DNA of 58,948 nucleotides, the filler included, from Sluysia triapertura (lineage: Eukaryota), in the NCBI GenBank assembly GCA_046118255.1. It is 4 parts of 4 records of this genome, joined end to end, with 100 filler letters (N's around TTAATTAATTAA, not from the genome) between each part and the next. Parts side by side here need not be neighbours in the genome. Positions count along the whole stretch, not along the records: positions 12,354 to 26,026 come from JBJNIA010026728.1; 3 more parts are not named here. One strand, 5' to 3'. A program made the position numbers and the translations under genes. Every line of letters begins with the position of its first letter. Position 1 is the stretch's first letter. This document shows positions 13,055 through 26,126 of the stretch, in pieces. The notes under the pieces are model-generated. The model saw only the letters and a list, made by a program, of their open reading frames with translations, did not search any database and was not told the origin of the DNA.

Positions 13055-16000
13055 CTGAAAAGCTAAGTTAGCATTTTCGTGCATACCAAATATTTCTGGA
13101 GCTTCAGTATATGGTAATGACTCAACGTAGTCTTTATATTCTGCCAAAGTATTGGTATTTGGTGCATAATATATTCCAGATTCTGAATATTTATATCCTT
13201 CTTCTATTGTTTTTGGTTGAAAGAAAATTTTGAATATATTCGTCAAACACCTTTGGTCCCAAAAATCAGTCACACGACCGCCGTAAGTTATCTGAAACAT
13301 TTAAAATTATTTTATTAACTCTATTTTTCTCAAACAATTTAAAACCATAAATAAATAACCATGCTAAAATTTATTTATTCCCTAAATTGTACAGTCCAGT
13401 CTTCCTGTTCTCTTCTAATTACAGTCAAGCAATAAATATCTCCGTTCTTCTTTTCTCTTGAAACTACTGTGAAAATGTTGTAAGAATTAATAAATTTGCT
13501 TGTACTATTTAAACTAGAATTTTTTGCTTGTGCACTATTGTCTGATTTGCTATTATGGACTTATCTTGTTTTCTATAATATCTTCTTTTTACTATAGGTT
13601 TTCTATAATGTAGTCGGTTATCCCTTCACTGTATTTATTATAGTTAGTATTTGTTTTTGTATTACTCATTTATAGCCTTTTTCCATGATTTTACTGTTTT
13701 TATAATTACGTTGTTCATTTTTTATTCTTTGTTTTTGATTTTTAAATATAGATATTTAAATATTATATTAAAATTATTTACTAAAACGACTTTACCATTA
13801 TTAAAAAGAATAAGTCAAATTATTGCACAAATTTTTGAGTTCATTCAAAAATAAATGTTCTATTAAAAGTTAATATAAATCAATATTATTTCTTGGAATA
13901 TTCGATTCATTAATTAATTTAAAAACATGCATTTACAATTATGAAATTTATCAATGTATAAATTTAACAATTTCTATTTTTATAATGTTACTAAAATTAA
14001 GATTCACTGTACTATCAATTATTGGATATAGTGAATTGTATCTACTTATTAATAATGAATAGCTTATTAAAATAAATTATTTTGATTTAGTATGGAGAAA
14101 TTGTGGTATTGGAATATGTTACAAAATGTACTATTAGTAAGATTGGTTTAAAAGACAATTTTAAGACTGAAAATAGTAATTATGGAAATATAATTAAACT
14201 AACTTCTGAAGTAATATAGAAAAGTGATGCCCATTGAATAATACCGCCTTTACTAAACATTTCCAAATTTAATAAGGCACACTCACGATCTGAATCATTA
14301 AATTCATATCGAATATTCCAGCCTAAAGGTCCAAATTTTTTTCGTTCCAAAATTATTGCATGGAAAAAGCATATTCCAAATACTAACTTACGCCAAGTTA
14401 AGCCCAGAACTATAAAATATTAAATGTATTACAAATGAAATATGTTGAAAATAATAAAAACAAATCTTTTTTACTCAATTAATTACTGTTTTTTCAGGAA
14501 TTCTTTTTCCAGGAAAAGATTAGAATCGTTGAGAGAATGGGATAGATAAGTTTTGCAAGATAATTATTCCAATATTAATTATCTAAGACACACCAAGGAA
14601 CAAAGTCGCTTATTGACGATATATGTGATTTTTCGACTTATTTCATTATTTTTGCAATCACTTTCGTAAAAATTTAAACTAAACAAACATTTATTCTTAA
14701 TAAATTTGTAGAAAATCTAATTTCTAAGTCTTTTTGTAAGTTTCCTAAATCTTTTCAAAAAGTGGTCAGAGCTAATTAGGCATCAAAACAGCTCAACAAC
14801 TAAACTTTTCAACACCGAAAATACATTTTCGATAGGATTTAAAAAAGGAAGAAAATGAAAAAACTTCTGATACATAGAAGCTATTTCAAACACAGAATGA
14901 CCTGTTAAGCATTCCTTATTATCATTAGAAACTTGTAATTTTCTCAGAATGAGGCAAAAATTTCTGCTATAATTTGTTCCGGCTTTTCTTATTTTTTACT
15001 CTTTGTTCATTTTATACGTTTATTTCCTTGTACTTGAAAATACATTGTGTTAAAAAATTGGTTAAAAAATCCGATATATATATCCATCGAAGATTAAATG
15101 TTTTTATACATTCAAAGGTGATCTTAAACTTTTAGTGCGCATATAATAATTTTATGAAACACATCTTATAGAAAATAATTTCTACATTCACATATTTAAG
15201 AAACTGTTAAATTCGAAACTCTCAAATTCAAAATTGTTCATTTGAAATACTTCGCTTTATCTTAATACATTCTTTGCGGGAAATGAGTTAACACGTTTCT
15301 GAACATAGTATCGCTAATGTGCGGGTGCCGACAAAACACGAATTTTACGAATAAGTGGCTGGTTGCGGAAAATGTTAGAAAGCAGGTGTTTGAGAATCGC
15401 AATATTTTATTAAATGTCCAAAAATTGCTCGCTTTTCAGCTTGTATTGGAGTAAAATAGCCCGCATAGAATGTGTTAATATGAACTAGAAGCAGAATTGC
15501 ATATGTCCAGAAAATTTACAATTCAAGACATCCATTCAGTGAGAAAAAAATCGTCAAAATTTGACAATCACTGATCTTTATTATCTTTGTAAAGTCATTT
15601 GAAGATTTCAGGTTTAAGTTAAGTTTCATGTTCCCAATTTGTTTTATTACTTTCATCTTCCATACTCATCTTTCAGAATAATATTCTTGAAAGTGTTATA
15701 CAGTGTTATTTATAAGTGTGAAGTTTAATTGATAGATTATCGTATAATTCTGTATCCAAAACAAATACCAAAATACTAATTATAACTGGAGATGCCATAA
15801 TACTAATCGCGTTGTACATTTAATTGGTCTCTGCATTTTATGAGTGATTTGTTGCACTAAAGCACAATTTTTATAATTTCTGCCTTTTAATTGAGATATT
15901 TGTCGATCCTGATAACTTTTTATTCTTAAACTATCGATTATTTTTCTTTTATCGCGACTTATCCTTCTCAAAACTCATTGCTAATTTTACTTATCTATAA

Positions 16001-19000
16001 ATTATTTGTTACTAATTGCGATATTAATATTAATTTTATCAAATTGGTGCTGAAATTATTTAACAATTTCAAGAATTGAAATTTAACATATTTTAATTAT
16101 CACTAGACATATATAAAACACACATAATGTATTTATGTATTTAGAGTTACATTCATTTTCATTTATGTATTTTAATTTTCGATAATATTTTGAAAATTTA
16201 ATGGCGCTAAAATTTATTGACTTGATATTAAAACCCTTGGCATTCAATTTTTTTATATATTATAGAAAATCTTACTAACCATGAGTTTCAAAAAACTGTG
16301 GTGACATTTCATTAAGGGCTCTTTTAATATTAGCTCTAAGACCTTTAGGAGGCTCATTAGTAACTTTGACTGAATTCTGTAAAACTGATATCGGAAATGA
16401 TTTCGCTGGCATACTACTAAGAAATAGTCGATAATCTTCATGAACTTCATTAGGATTTTCAGATCTCTTTTTCACAATTTCTTCTAAACTTATCATCCAA
16501 GAAGCAGCTAAATGGCAATTCTGAAAAGAAAATTATAAAATGAAGCTTATATTATAAAGGTTTGAATCGAGTACTTAAATTTATGATAATTGTTCACGTA
16601 ATATTTTTGTACGTCATTTTAGGATAGCATTTAAATATTATGAAATGAATTAAGGATCTCATAAAAGCTTAGCTATGGAGAAGAATGCAATAAAATATTG
16701 AATAACCTGAAGAAAAACCCATTCTCCATCTTTGGCAGCTGCATTCATTAACTTTTCAGCTACTGGACCTTGACCTTGACCAAGACTTATAGCATGATAT
16801 TTAGATGAAACTCCTTGTTCTTTAGCAAATCTTTGAAATTGTGTCATAGGATCTGAACCAGTACTTAAAACGAAAACAAGTGGTGAAACTTTGTCCATGT
16901 CTCGATAAAGAATACTTAAGTCAGTTGCCGGCGGTTCAACGAATTTATTTCCCAAACTGATTTTGACAAATTCAGCAATGCATGTAACAATCTTTTCTTC
17001 GAAAAACGATTTAATAATAATTAACTTTTGAAAATTATTTAATCTTTTGTTGTAATGTCCCGACAATGTAGCTGCTAATTGTTCATCATTTCTAGATCTA
17101 AGTATAACATCTTGTGTCGGTTCTGGTGGTAAAGGTACACTTGGTGATAAATTCGGAGGAGTTATGTCAATTTTCAGATCGCCCAAAGTTATTGAAATTG
17201 GTATATTATTTGTTATGTCAGTAGCCAAAAGTTTAAAATATGGAAGAGTATCAGAAAGATCATCTACATTGTTCCACGATGACTGAAAGTATAATTAAAG
17301 TAAATATAAGTATGTTAGAAACTATTATATTATAGTATATTATTATTATTACAGGTGTATATAAGTTTTTATATATAAGTTTTTAACTTTTAACTTTTAA
17401 TTTTTTCAAAAAATTTACGATCATATAGGACATATTCATCATTTTATCTACATCATGTAACATGTGCTGAAAGTGAATTATACTGAAACAACAATAGTTC
17501 AGTAACGTGAAATAATGAATTTCCATGCTGATCAAATGACAAAATTGTAAAGAAATTATTCGGTTTTTTCGATTTTAAATTTATTAAACGAAGAAGATTA
17601 GTTTTAAAGAATTTGCTACAAAATTATAAGAGTTTCCTAGTGTCTGGAATACAAAAGAAAAGAAACATTATTATATTCCAATACCTTCTGATTTTTCATG
17701 AATAAATCCTTTGACGGAAAATCGTTCTTATTACTTGAGATCTTTATCATTATAATGAAAATGTTTTAAAAAGTTTAAGAAGATAAATTTAAAGAATTTA
17801 TCAAAGAACGAAAAATCTTTCGAACAGTTATTTTATTATTGCTACTGAGGGTGCATAAAACAAAGGAATAATTGCTTAAGTTAGGTGATAGTGAGTGATG
17901 TTGATGTTAACGTATTTAAAGCATACGATAGTAAATCAAAGAGATGCAGTTTTAAAGGTGATAGATAAATCTAGTGATAGTTTTATCTAAAAGTTCTCGG
18001 GATATCTAGCGATGTAGAGATAAACTTAAGAATTCATAGATTATTGAATTAGTTTTATTTAGCTAAACTAGAAATGGCTTACGTCTAGTCTTCGTAAATA
18101 TTCAAGACAGAGAACAATTCGATTCTCGCTTTCTGTGATTCTCTAGCACGGTTAAATATAACTAAAATTACATTTGATTTAGTTTTTCTTCATCGATGGA
18201 GATATATGTCGAGATGGACATTAATAGATGACAATAATAATAATGTAAGTCTCCGTAAAGGTTGAAAATACACAAACATTTTAAATCGTGTAGATAATAA
18301 TTAGAAAATAAAAACATTTGAAGTGAATTTTGAATTATATAAATATTGTTAAAACTGGATTTTAAAATAAAAGCATTTTAAATATCTAAAAATGTCCAAA
18401 TATCCACAAATATTCACGCTACTACTTAAAAAAACGGTTAAAAAATATTTTTATAAGCATCAGAAAGTAATAATAAACATTTAAATAACAAGCAGAAGTC
18501 AGAAACTAATAGACAAATGCGAAGTAAAGCGGTAGGAATCTATAACACTTAATTAGCATCAAGAAAATATTACGGATCAAACGCGTACGTCAATAAAACA
18601 TGAAAAATCCGCTAAAAAGTGAATATGAAATAGGCACGAACAAATACCAACTGCCAAGAAGGATATAAATAAATAGATTACATTGTATGAAAAATAATTC
18701 ATAAAGATATCACGAAAAGAATAATATACTATAATTAAGCAATTTAATAGAGAAAATTGGTTATACAACTATAGTTTAATTTGATTTGATTACCATACTT
18801 TATTTATTGTGTTTATGGAAGTGGTCAAGAAAGACTTGTTACTATATTTAGAAAAATGAAAATACAAACTTACTAATGACAACCAGTGAGCACAGTGATC
18901 TGGTAGTTTATGACGTTGTTTTTCTATGCCTCCAATGCCACGCAAGAAAAAGTCCCATTCTGCTCTCGTAATTTCTTCTGATTGCAACATAATTTGTGAA

Positions 19001-22000
19001 CACATTAAAAATGAAAAAACAAGTTTATCCTTTTCAAATAAACCTCTAGCAACATTTTGATAAGTTGTGTTCGTTGTGCAATTAATAAGTGTCGATATTC
19101 TTTCATCTAAATCATCACTAGGTGGGCTTGATTCGATTGTATTATTGAAAAGCTAAAAAAATTAAAAATTGAATTTATCGAATTTGTTTGTAACTTCAAA
19201 GTTAAATAAAGATTAAAGTAATTTGGTGATTTATAGCTTTTCTTAGAATAAATAAAAACTGGAAACTTGAAGATACAATCGATAAGATTATCGCGTTTAA
19301 AACATAAGTTACAAATAAAAGTAAGAGTAAAAGTTGTGAATACAATAAAAATAACGCAGAATGTATACTGATAATAATATCAATTTAGGTTATATGCCTT
19401 TTACGTTTCAAAAATCTACAACCAGATATCAAAGAATATCAAATTACTGGAAAATTATTTAAAAGACATGATTAAACGATGAGTGCAAAAATTGAATAAA
19501 AAGGTCAAAATGAAATTAAGATAAATGCTTAATACAATAATAATGATAATAATAATGATAATAATAATAATAATAATAATAATAATATAATCTTAAAATA
19601 AAATAAAACTAGCATATCTTAATAAATTTGAGGGTATATTAAATTTAAAGCGAATATTTTAAAATTTTCTCATATCAAAACAGAATGTACCTACGCAACT
19701 TAATTAACAAGTAGAAAATATTATGGAGGAGACGGTAATAAAAGAAAAGAACCGACGATTTTGTTAAAATAGAAATGAAAAGCGAATATTAACAAACACA
19801 AAGAAGTATGAGTTACTAAATGAGCATATAAGATTATATACATGAATTTTAATATGAACAAATCAATATTATCGAAGAAAATTAGTCATACAAGTCAGAC
19901 TCGTCATCTGTAACTTTGGCTATTTATATCAATGACTAGTCTCACTCGTTAAATGTACTCAAAGGGTTAAAACTATAGATTTTAGTTTAAATCTGGTTCC
20001 TTTACTTTTTAGCCTATTTAAAATAACTAAAATATTGGGTAAAAATAATATTAAAATTATATAAAAATGAATTTATCAAAATAAATTAAAGTTCACCTAT
20101 TTGTAAAAATAAATACTTTAATTAAAATTTTGAAAATTTTAAATATGATTTTAGTGGTCTATTTAAAAAGATTAGGTGAACAAGTTATGAATGAATGTTA
20201 GTATATATTGGATGTAGCTTTGGTTCATCAAAATTTATTATTAGAAAGCCTAATATGCATACAATAGCCAAATAATTTTTGTTTCAGTTGGTTTCCAGCA
20301 ATCATTAATTTCTGTTCAATGATGAAAATTTCGACGAACATTTCAATAAATATTTGACGAAAACAAGAAATTTATTTAATAGATAAATAAATCTTATGTT
20401 GTATAAATTTTGTTATAGTTAAGAATCTCGATTACACTGAGTATGAATGAAGCAAGAAAATTCAATAAAACGCAAACAAATGATCGTTAAAATTATTCTG
20501 TACGTTATACGTGCCAAAAACTATTGTTTTGAAAATAATGAATTAGCGCATATGTATGTGCTTTTTGATTTGACCTTGAAGCTCTTTTTTTACTGATTAA
20601 TGCGCAGTAGATACTATGTATGCATACTACGAATAAAAAATAATCAAGATCTTTGATCTTTTAAAATGAATATTATTTTCTTTTACGCAAATTATAATAT
20701 TAGATTATTATTATTATTATTATTTGATCAATATTATTATTTTACTATTAATATTTTTTCATAAGTTAGGTTACTTTGTTTTGTTATTAAATTGTTCATT
20801 AAGTGTTCAATTTATTTATTTGACGAGTTCAAAACTAACTTTCATGATATAAAGACTAATCATAAACTGATCTATTTGAATTTATAATAAATAAATTTTA
20901 AGAAAGTAGAACTTAGAATAAATGACAACTATTTTAAACCTCTAAAGCCTGGAATATTCTTCACGAGATAACTAAATTCTTCTTGAATTTATAAAATTCA
21001 TAGCAATTTTAGTTAATAATACTCTTCATAAATGATAATGTATGAAATTTAAAAAATAATGAATTACCGTTTTAAAGTATTTCAATGAAAATTGGTACAT
21101 AGGATCTATTTCAGCCATATTAGCGATAACAAAATACAAAACCGATCCTCTAATAGCTACTGGAATATATTTACCACGTGCAGTAGTAATTTTCTGTTCA
21201 GTTAATTCTGCTTCAGCTAAACGTTTTGTGGTTTCAGCTGAAGTTACTTTAGAATGATTCAATGTGTTTATTAGATCTTCATTATCCAAAATGTTACCCT
21301 TGGATTCGAAAAGCAATTTCAAGATTTTATCCTCGGTCATTTTTAATTGATTTTTATCATTATTAATTCGTGTAATGAGAGTATTACGTTGTTCTTCTAA
21401 TTCAGGTCTTTCTAGTTTTGTTACTTCTCCTAGTAACTGATCTTCTAGTCCAGTAGGAGTTACAGTGAAATTTATTATAGTAACCTATAATAATAAAAAT
21501 AATTAAAATAACAGTGATAATAATACTTTTATACAAATTTCAGGAAGATAATGAGGATTGGGTAATTTCGTTGTGATATAAAACTTAAAATCCTTGCTAT
21601 ATTCAACATCTGAATCTCCCAAACGAATATATGTAACACCACTTTTTACAAATGTTTGTTTCAATAAAATTGGTTCTAAAGCTGGATCCAAAGTTTCGCC
21701 AATATCTTCCAATAATGAAGGCATACCAAGTCGAATACAGTTTTCAAGAGTTCGTAGAAAATTATGTTCCGACAATTTTATAACTTTTAAACTATTGGAT
21801 GTTTCGTGATTACGAATCCAACGATTGGCTTGTTCTTGAGGATCAATCATAAGAGGCCAACGACGTCCTCGGGTTACTAAAATAGCATTTTCAGTTGATA
21901 CCTGTAATAAATTGATTTTATTTTTAATAATAACTTTGATTGACTATTATTTAATATGAACCGAAATCAATAAATTTACATTAGTTTTTTAAATATAATT

Positions 22001-25000
22001 TTTACTTCTGTCGATCTCTTAACTTCTGTCTTATCATTCATTAATCATCTATTGAATAATCCATAACAATCAATATTTTAATTATAATTTGAAGTTTTAG
22101 TTTATAATTACTGTGGCAATCATGCAGCCTAAAATTGTATACGAATGTTGGTCTAAATAAACCAATGTTTTACTGTATTAAAAAACTAAAGTTTGTGACA
22201 CCAAAAATAGTTGTAGTCATTTAATTTTGTGATTTTGCTTATTATATTGTCAACATATTTTAACACATTGCGGATGGATCACGAGAATTCTTTTGTAGAG
22301 CTTGTAGCCGATGACGAGAATTTTCGTTTTTTTAATTTTTATCATTTAGAATGGAATAATGTATCAATTGGATACCTTATAGCGTTCAATAACCATGCAG
22401 AATAATGAAGAACATGATAAAATTTTGGATGTATTTGCTTATTTTTAAAATGTAACATGACGAATTTACAAATATTTGACGAAAAGCACATCTGGCTACT
22501 GGTTAAATAAACGTTAAATAAATAAATGTAAAAAAACAATACTAAGTTTTTTGGGATCTATTAATTTAGTGGTGTTGTTAGAATATGTATTATATATATA
22601 TATTTGCAAGCCTTCATTTGTAATTGAAATTTACTCTTTATCAGCCGAACAATTATAACTAATGGTATAATTAAATTCTTGATTATTGAGTGATCATTGA
22701 TTGATACAAAATTATTTCATTAGCATATTCGACTCATTACCATTTTCTATATCAATTAAATTATTATAATTCCATTAAATTTCCGAAAATGTATATTAAT
22801 TTCCTTCCATAAGTCAAGATTAATGAACAATTTGAAATTTCATGTTTTTATTAAAAGATAATATGTTTACTAATCTAATTATGAATCATTCCTATATTTA
22901 GAAGTTGTATGTAATAATAGTCAACTCTTAAATATGCTGAGTAATTATAAATGACTAATACAATTTTAGTATTTTAAATTTTCATTTGTGTTTTTAATTG
23001 TAATGAAATTCAAAAACCAACTAATGTGTCATCCATGTTATTTTACTCCATCTCAAATTTGTTTGGTTTATGTTTGGTTTATCTATAGCACATTTGCTGT
23101 TTTTGATTTGCTATTACAAGCTGTAATTTCTTTGTCGACCCACATATTTGACAAATCAGTACAATTAGTCGTTCTTTGAAGTAAAAATTTGTGTTACTAA
23201 AGTGTGAAATTGAATTGAACCGATGCTAGTAAAATTCCAATCAAAATTAGTGGAATTTTCGATTTATTTTTTAGAAAATAGTTTTCTTATAAGGAATTTA
23301 TTTATTTTAATTGTTTTTCTGTATTAAATTTAGTGATTTTAAAGGGTTGTGATAACATGGATGAAGGTCTTAGAAACAGAAATGGATAATGGATCAATAT
23401 AATTTATAATGTATTGTGTCTTATCAAAGATCTCCTAACATTGATTTGACTGATTTAGCGAAGTTTGGATGAAAGTTATCTTTTTTACTTATTCATTATT
23501 ACTATTAACTAGAAATCGACAATGATGCTTCCATAATAAATATAAAGACTAAAAAAACTTTACAAAAAATGTGAAGTACCTGATCTCTAGGAAGTCCTTC
23601 GCCATTCCATTCTCGTAACTGAAACGCATCGCCTAACACAGCCATTAACGATGTATTTTCTGATACTGGTATTTCAAGCTCTTTACAACGACTCAACCAA
23701 CCCTGCATCAATTCGTATCGATAGGAACTAGTAAAAGCACCATAATATGCAACACACGCTGCACCTAAAAATACATCACCTACAACATTACCAATTTGGA
23801 CATTAAAATTAGCCACGCTTACAGTCCAACGTTCTTTTTCATCTGCCAAAGCAGTTGTTAATTTGGAAGCTCTTTTTAATCGTGCACTCGTTAATGCCAA
23901 ATTGTGTTCTAATTCTTTCTTTTCAGCCACTGATTTATCAAACGAACGTTGTAATTCTGCTATTTTATCTTCAACAGCTCTTAAGGCAGCTTGTTTTTCA
24001 GCTAATTTGGACATAACTTCATCAAGTTCTTTATTTGCTGCTTCCAATCTGATTAAATAATTAAAATTGATTATAGAACTTAAAGCGTTTAACAAAAAAA
24101 TTTCCGATTTTAAAACCAGAAAAATAATTAAGTTCAACCATTTATAACAATGTGTTTGCTGTGGTTTTCTTAACACTTAACCTATGGCGCTCTTGTAACT
24201 AAAATAATCGTAATTAATATGGAAATTTAGTATGATGATTATTGCTCTAAAGGAGTACACTTACTCTGTAATGGATAGAGGGTTCTAATATCAAAAATTT
24301 AATTCTAAAGTTCAGTCTAATCTGTTCTACAAATTCAGTTAATCAAAATTCAAGAAATAATACTCGAAAATTTATTAAATAAAATTATGTTCAAATATCA
24401 AATGTAGCAAAATGAATAAAGATATAAGAAGGAATTATTTTATAATTAAAGACGTTGCAGGTCTATAAGTTTAACATTTTAGAATTTAAGAGTCCGCGAT
24501 TCACTTATCGTATGCCAAAAATACGGCGCTTTTCTTGTTTTGTACCGATAATGCAAAGATGCTGCTGTTAGTATACTTTACGCCTTTATTGAGAGCAGTT
24601 GTAGAGATATCAGTATTTTTTGATCAAAATTACTTGTTATACATAACAATTAGTGTTAATTATAACCATTTTCATTGCTTCCCTCCAAAAAATACTACGC
24701 ATTTCATCCCGGATAAATTTGGGTAACGAGGAATTAAAAATAATTTTATCTAATATTTTATTATTTTGATCACAAGAATCAAAACTGCCTTACAATAATA
24801 ACTTACTACTTTAATGGAAACTGTTGAATTCCTTTGATTGAATAGCTGGAACAATTAGTTAAAATTCACCACTTAGCATAATAATATTTATTAGTAAAAC
24901 AAGATGGCGCTATGCGCTTTGTCCAAATAAATAAAAATTTAAAAAAATAATGAAATTAAAGTGAGATTTTGATCGAACTAATGCCAGTATACATACCACT

Positions 25001-25881
25001 AGTTATCAGCCAATCAAAATCCTTGGAATTTTTAGAATGTTATATTTCTTTTTTTAGAAAGTAGTATTTTCTTTTTTGGAAAATAATTCTCTTTTAAGGA
25101 ATTTAATGATTTTAATTGCTTTTTTTAGTATTAAAGGTTTGTGATGAAAACCTAAGACATTTATTTCACAAGACTATCTTTTGACAAAATCCTTGAAAAT
25201 TCTTAACATCTTGTAAAGAATCAAAATACTATCCTTCTAGTAAGATTATGGTTGTTTTAAAATTGTATTTTCTTAGAATAAATTGATATTATTTAAATTT
25301 AGAAGTTGCATAGCACGTTTAGTACATTATTTCTACAATTACATAGAAAAGTGTTGTGTCAGAGTAAATAGAACAAACGCAATTTCTTACAAGTACTGAT
25401 TAATATGTATGCGAAAATTTGTGCTTTGCTCGTTTAATGTTAACTTGCAATGTTTATTTTCCTTACGAAAGGTCATTTCCTAGACTTATAACCTTGAATT
25501 TCAGTGTTTTCTATCCTTACTTCACAAAGGTTCTTGTAAAGAAATTATTCAAGGATACGCATAATGCAAATGTAAGCTCAAAAACCAAAAAAACATTCTT
25601 TTGGGAAAAGTTAATCAATTTATCAAAATAATAACCTTTTCTTTTTGGGTTCAACAACTTTGGCTGTTTTCGCATATAGATCCATAGCTCTAACCCACAT
25701 TACCATTGATTTACAGGCTTTACTAACTTTTTCAACGCTTTCAGGATTAAAATTAGGATCATCCAAATACTTTTTCAACTTTTTTAACAATGCTTCACTG
25801 ATATTGTCTTTAGGGTATTCAATAAGTCGTTTCAAGAAATTCGGCTCACCTAAAACTTGTTTGGCTGATGCCCAATCAATT
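13055..25881 (-). CDS. DNAH6: Axonemal dynein heavy chain, DNAH6-like, partial (stalk/MTBD through AAA5, AAA6 and lid). Exons 25881-25636, 24048-23580, 21901-21527, 21484-21068, 19152-18874, 17282-16707, 16520-16280, 14409-14204, 13291-13055
   Basis: Nine exons with GT-AG boundaries join in phase (2,0,0,0,0,0,1,0). Dynein motifs: [134 protein letters not shown]. The DNAH6 assignment rests on recalled similarity. The gene is cut at both ends by contig boundaries. Confidence 0.95.
15266..15474. mobile_element. TTAA-specific (piggyBac-like) MITE in a dynein intron
   Basis: TTAA-TACATTCTTTGCGGG ... CCCGCATAGAATGTG-TTAA: 15-bp TIR with 2 mismatches and TTAA on both sides. Confidence 0.75.
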
Positions 25882-26026
25882 CTAGAATAGACATTCAATT
25901 AAATTATTATTATTAAATAAATAAATAAAGTAAATAAACAAATTTCAAGTATTAAAATAATTTTTTTATTATATACTCTTCTATTTACTAAATTTAGACA
26001 CACACACACACACACATATATATATA

Positions 26027-26126
26027 NNNNNNNNNNNNNNNNNNNNNNNNNNNNNNNNNNNNNNNNNNNNTTAATTAATTAANNNNNNNNNNNNNNNNNN
26101 NNNNNNNNNNNNNNNNNNNNNNNNNN
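26027..26126. other. Artificial contig spacer N44-TTAATTAATTAA-N44 (followed by true scaffold gaps to 26916)
   Basis: Same 100-nt structure, preceded by (CA)n(TA)n. Confidence 0.95.

Noticed and set aside
21594-25890. Plus-strand ORFs 21594-21809, 23863-24060 and 25645-25890 (likewise 40468-40668 and 52444-52665)
   Set aside because: They are antisense shadows of real minus-strand exons.
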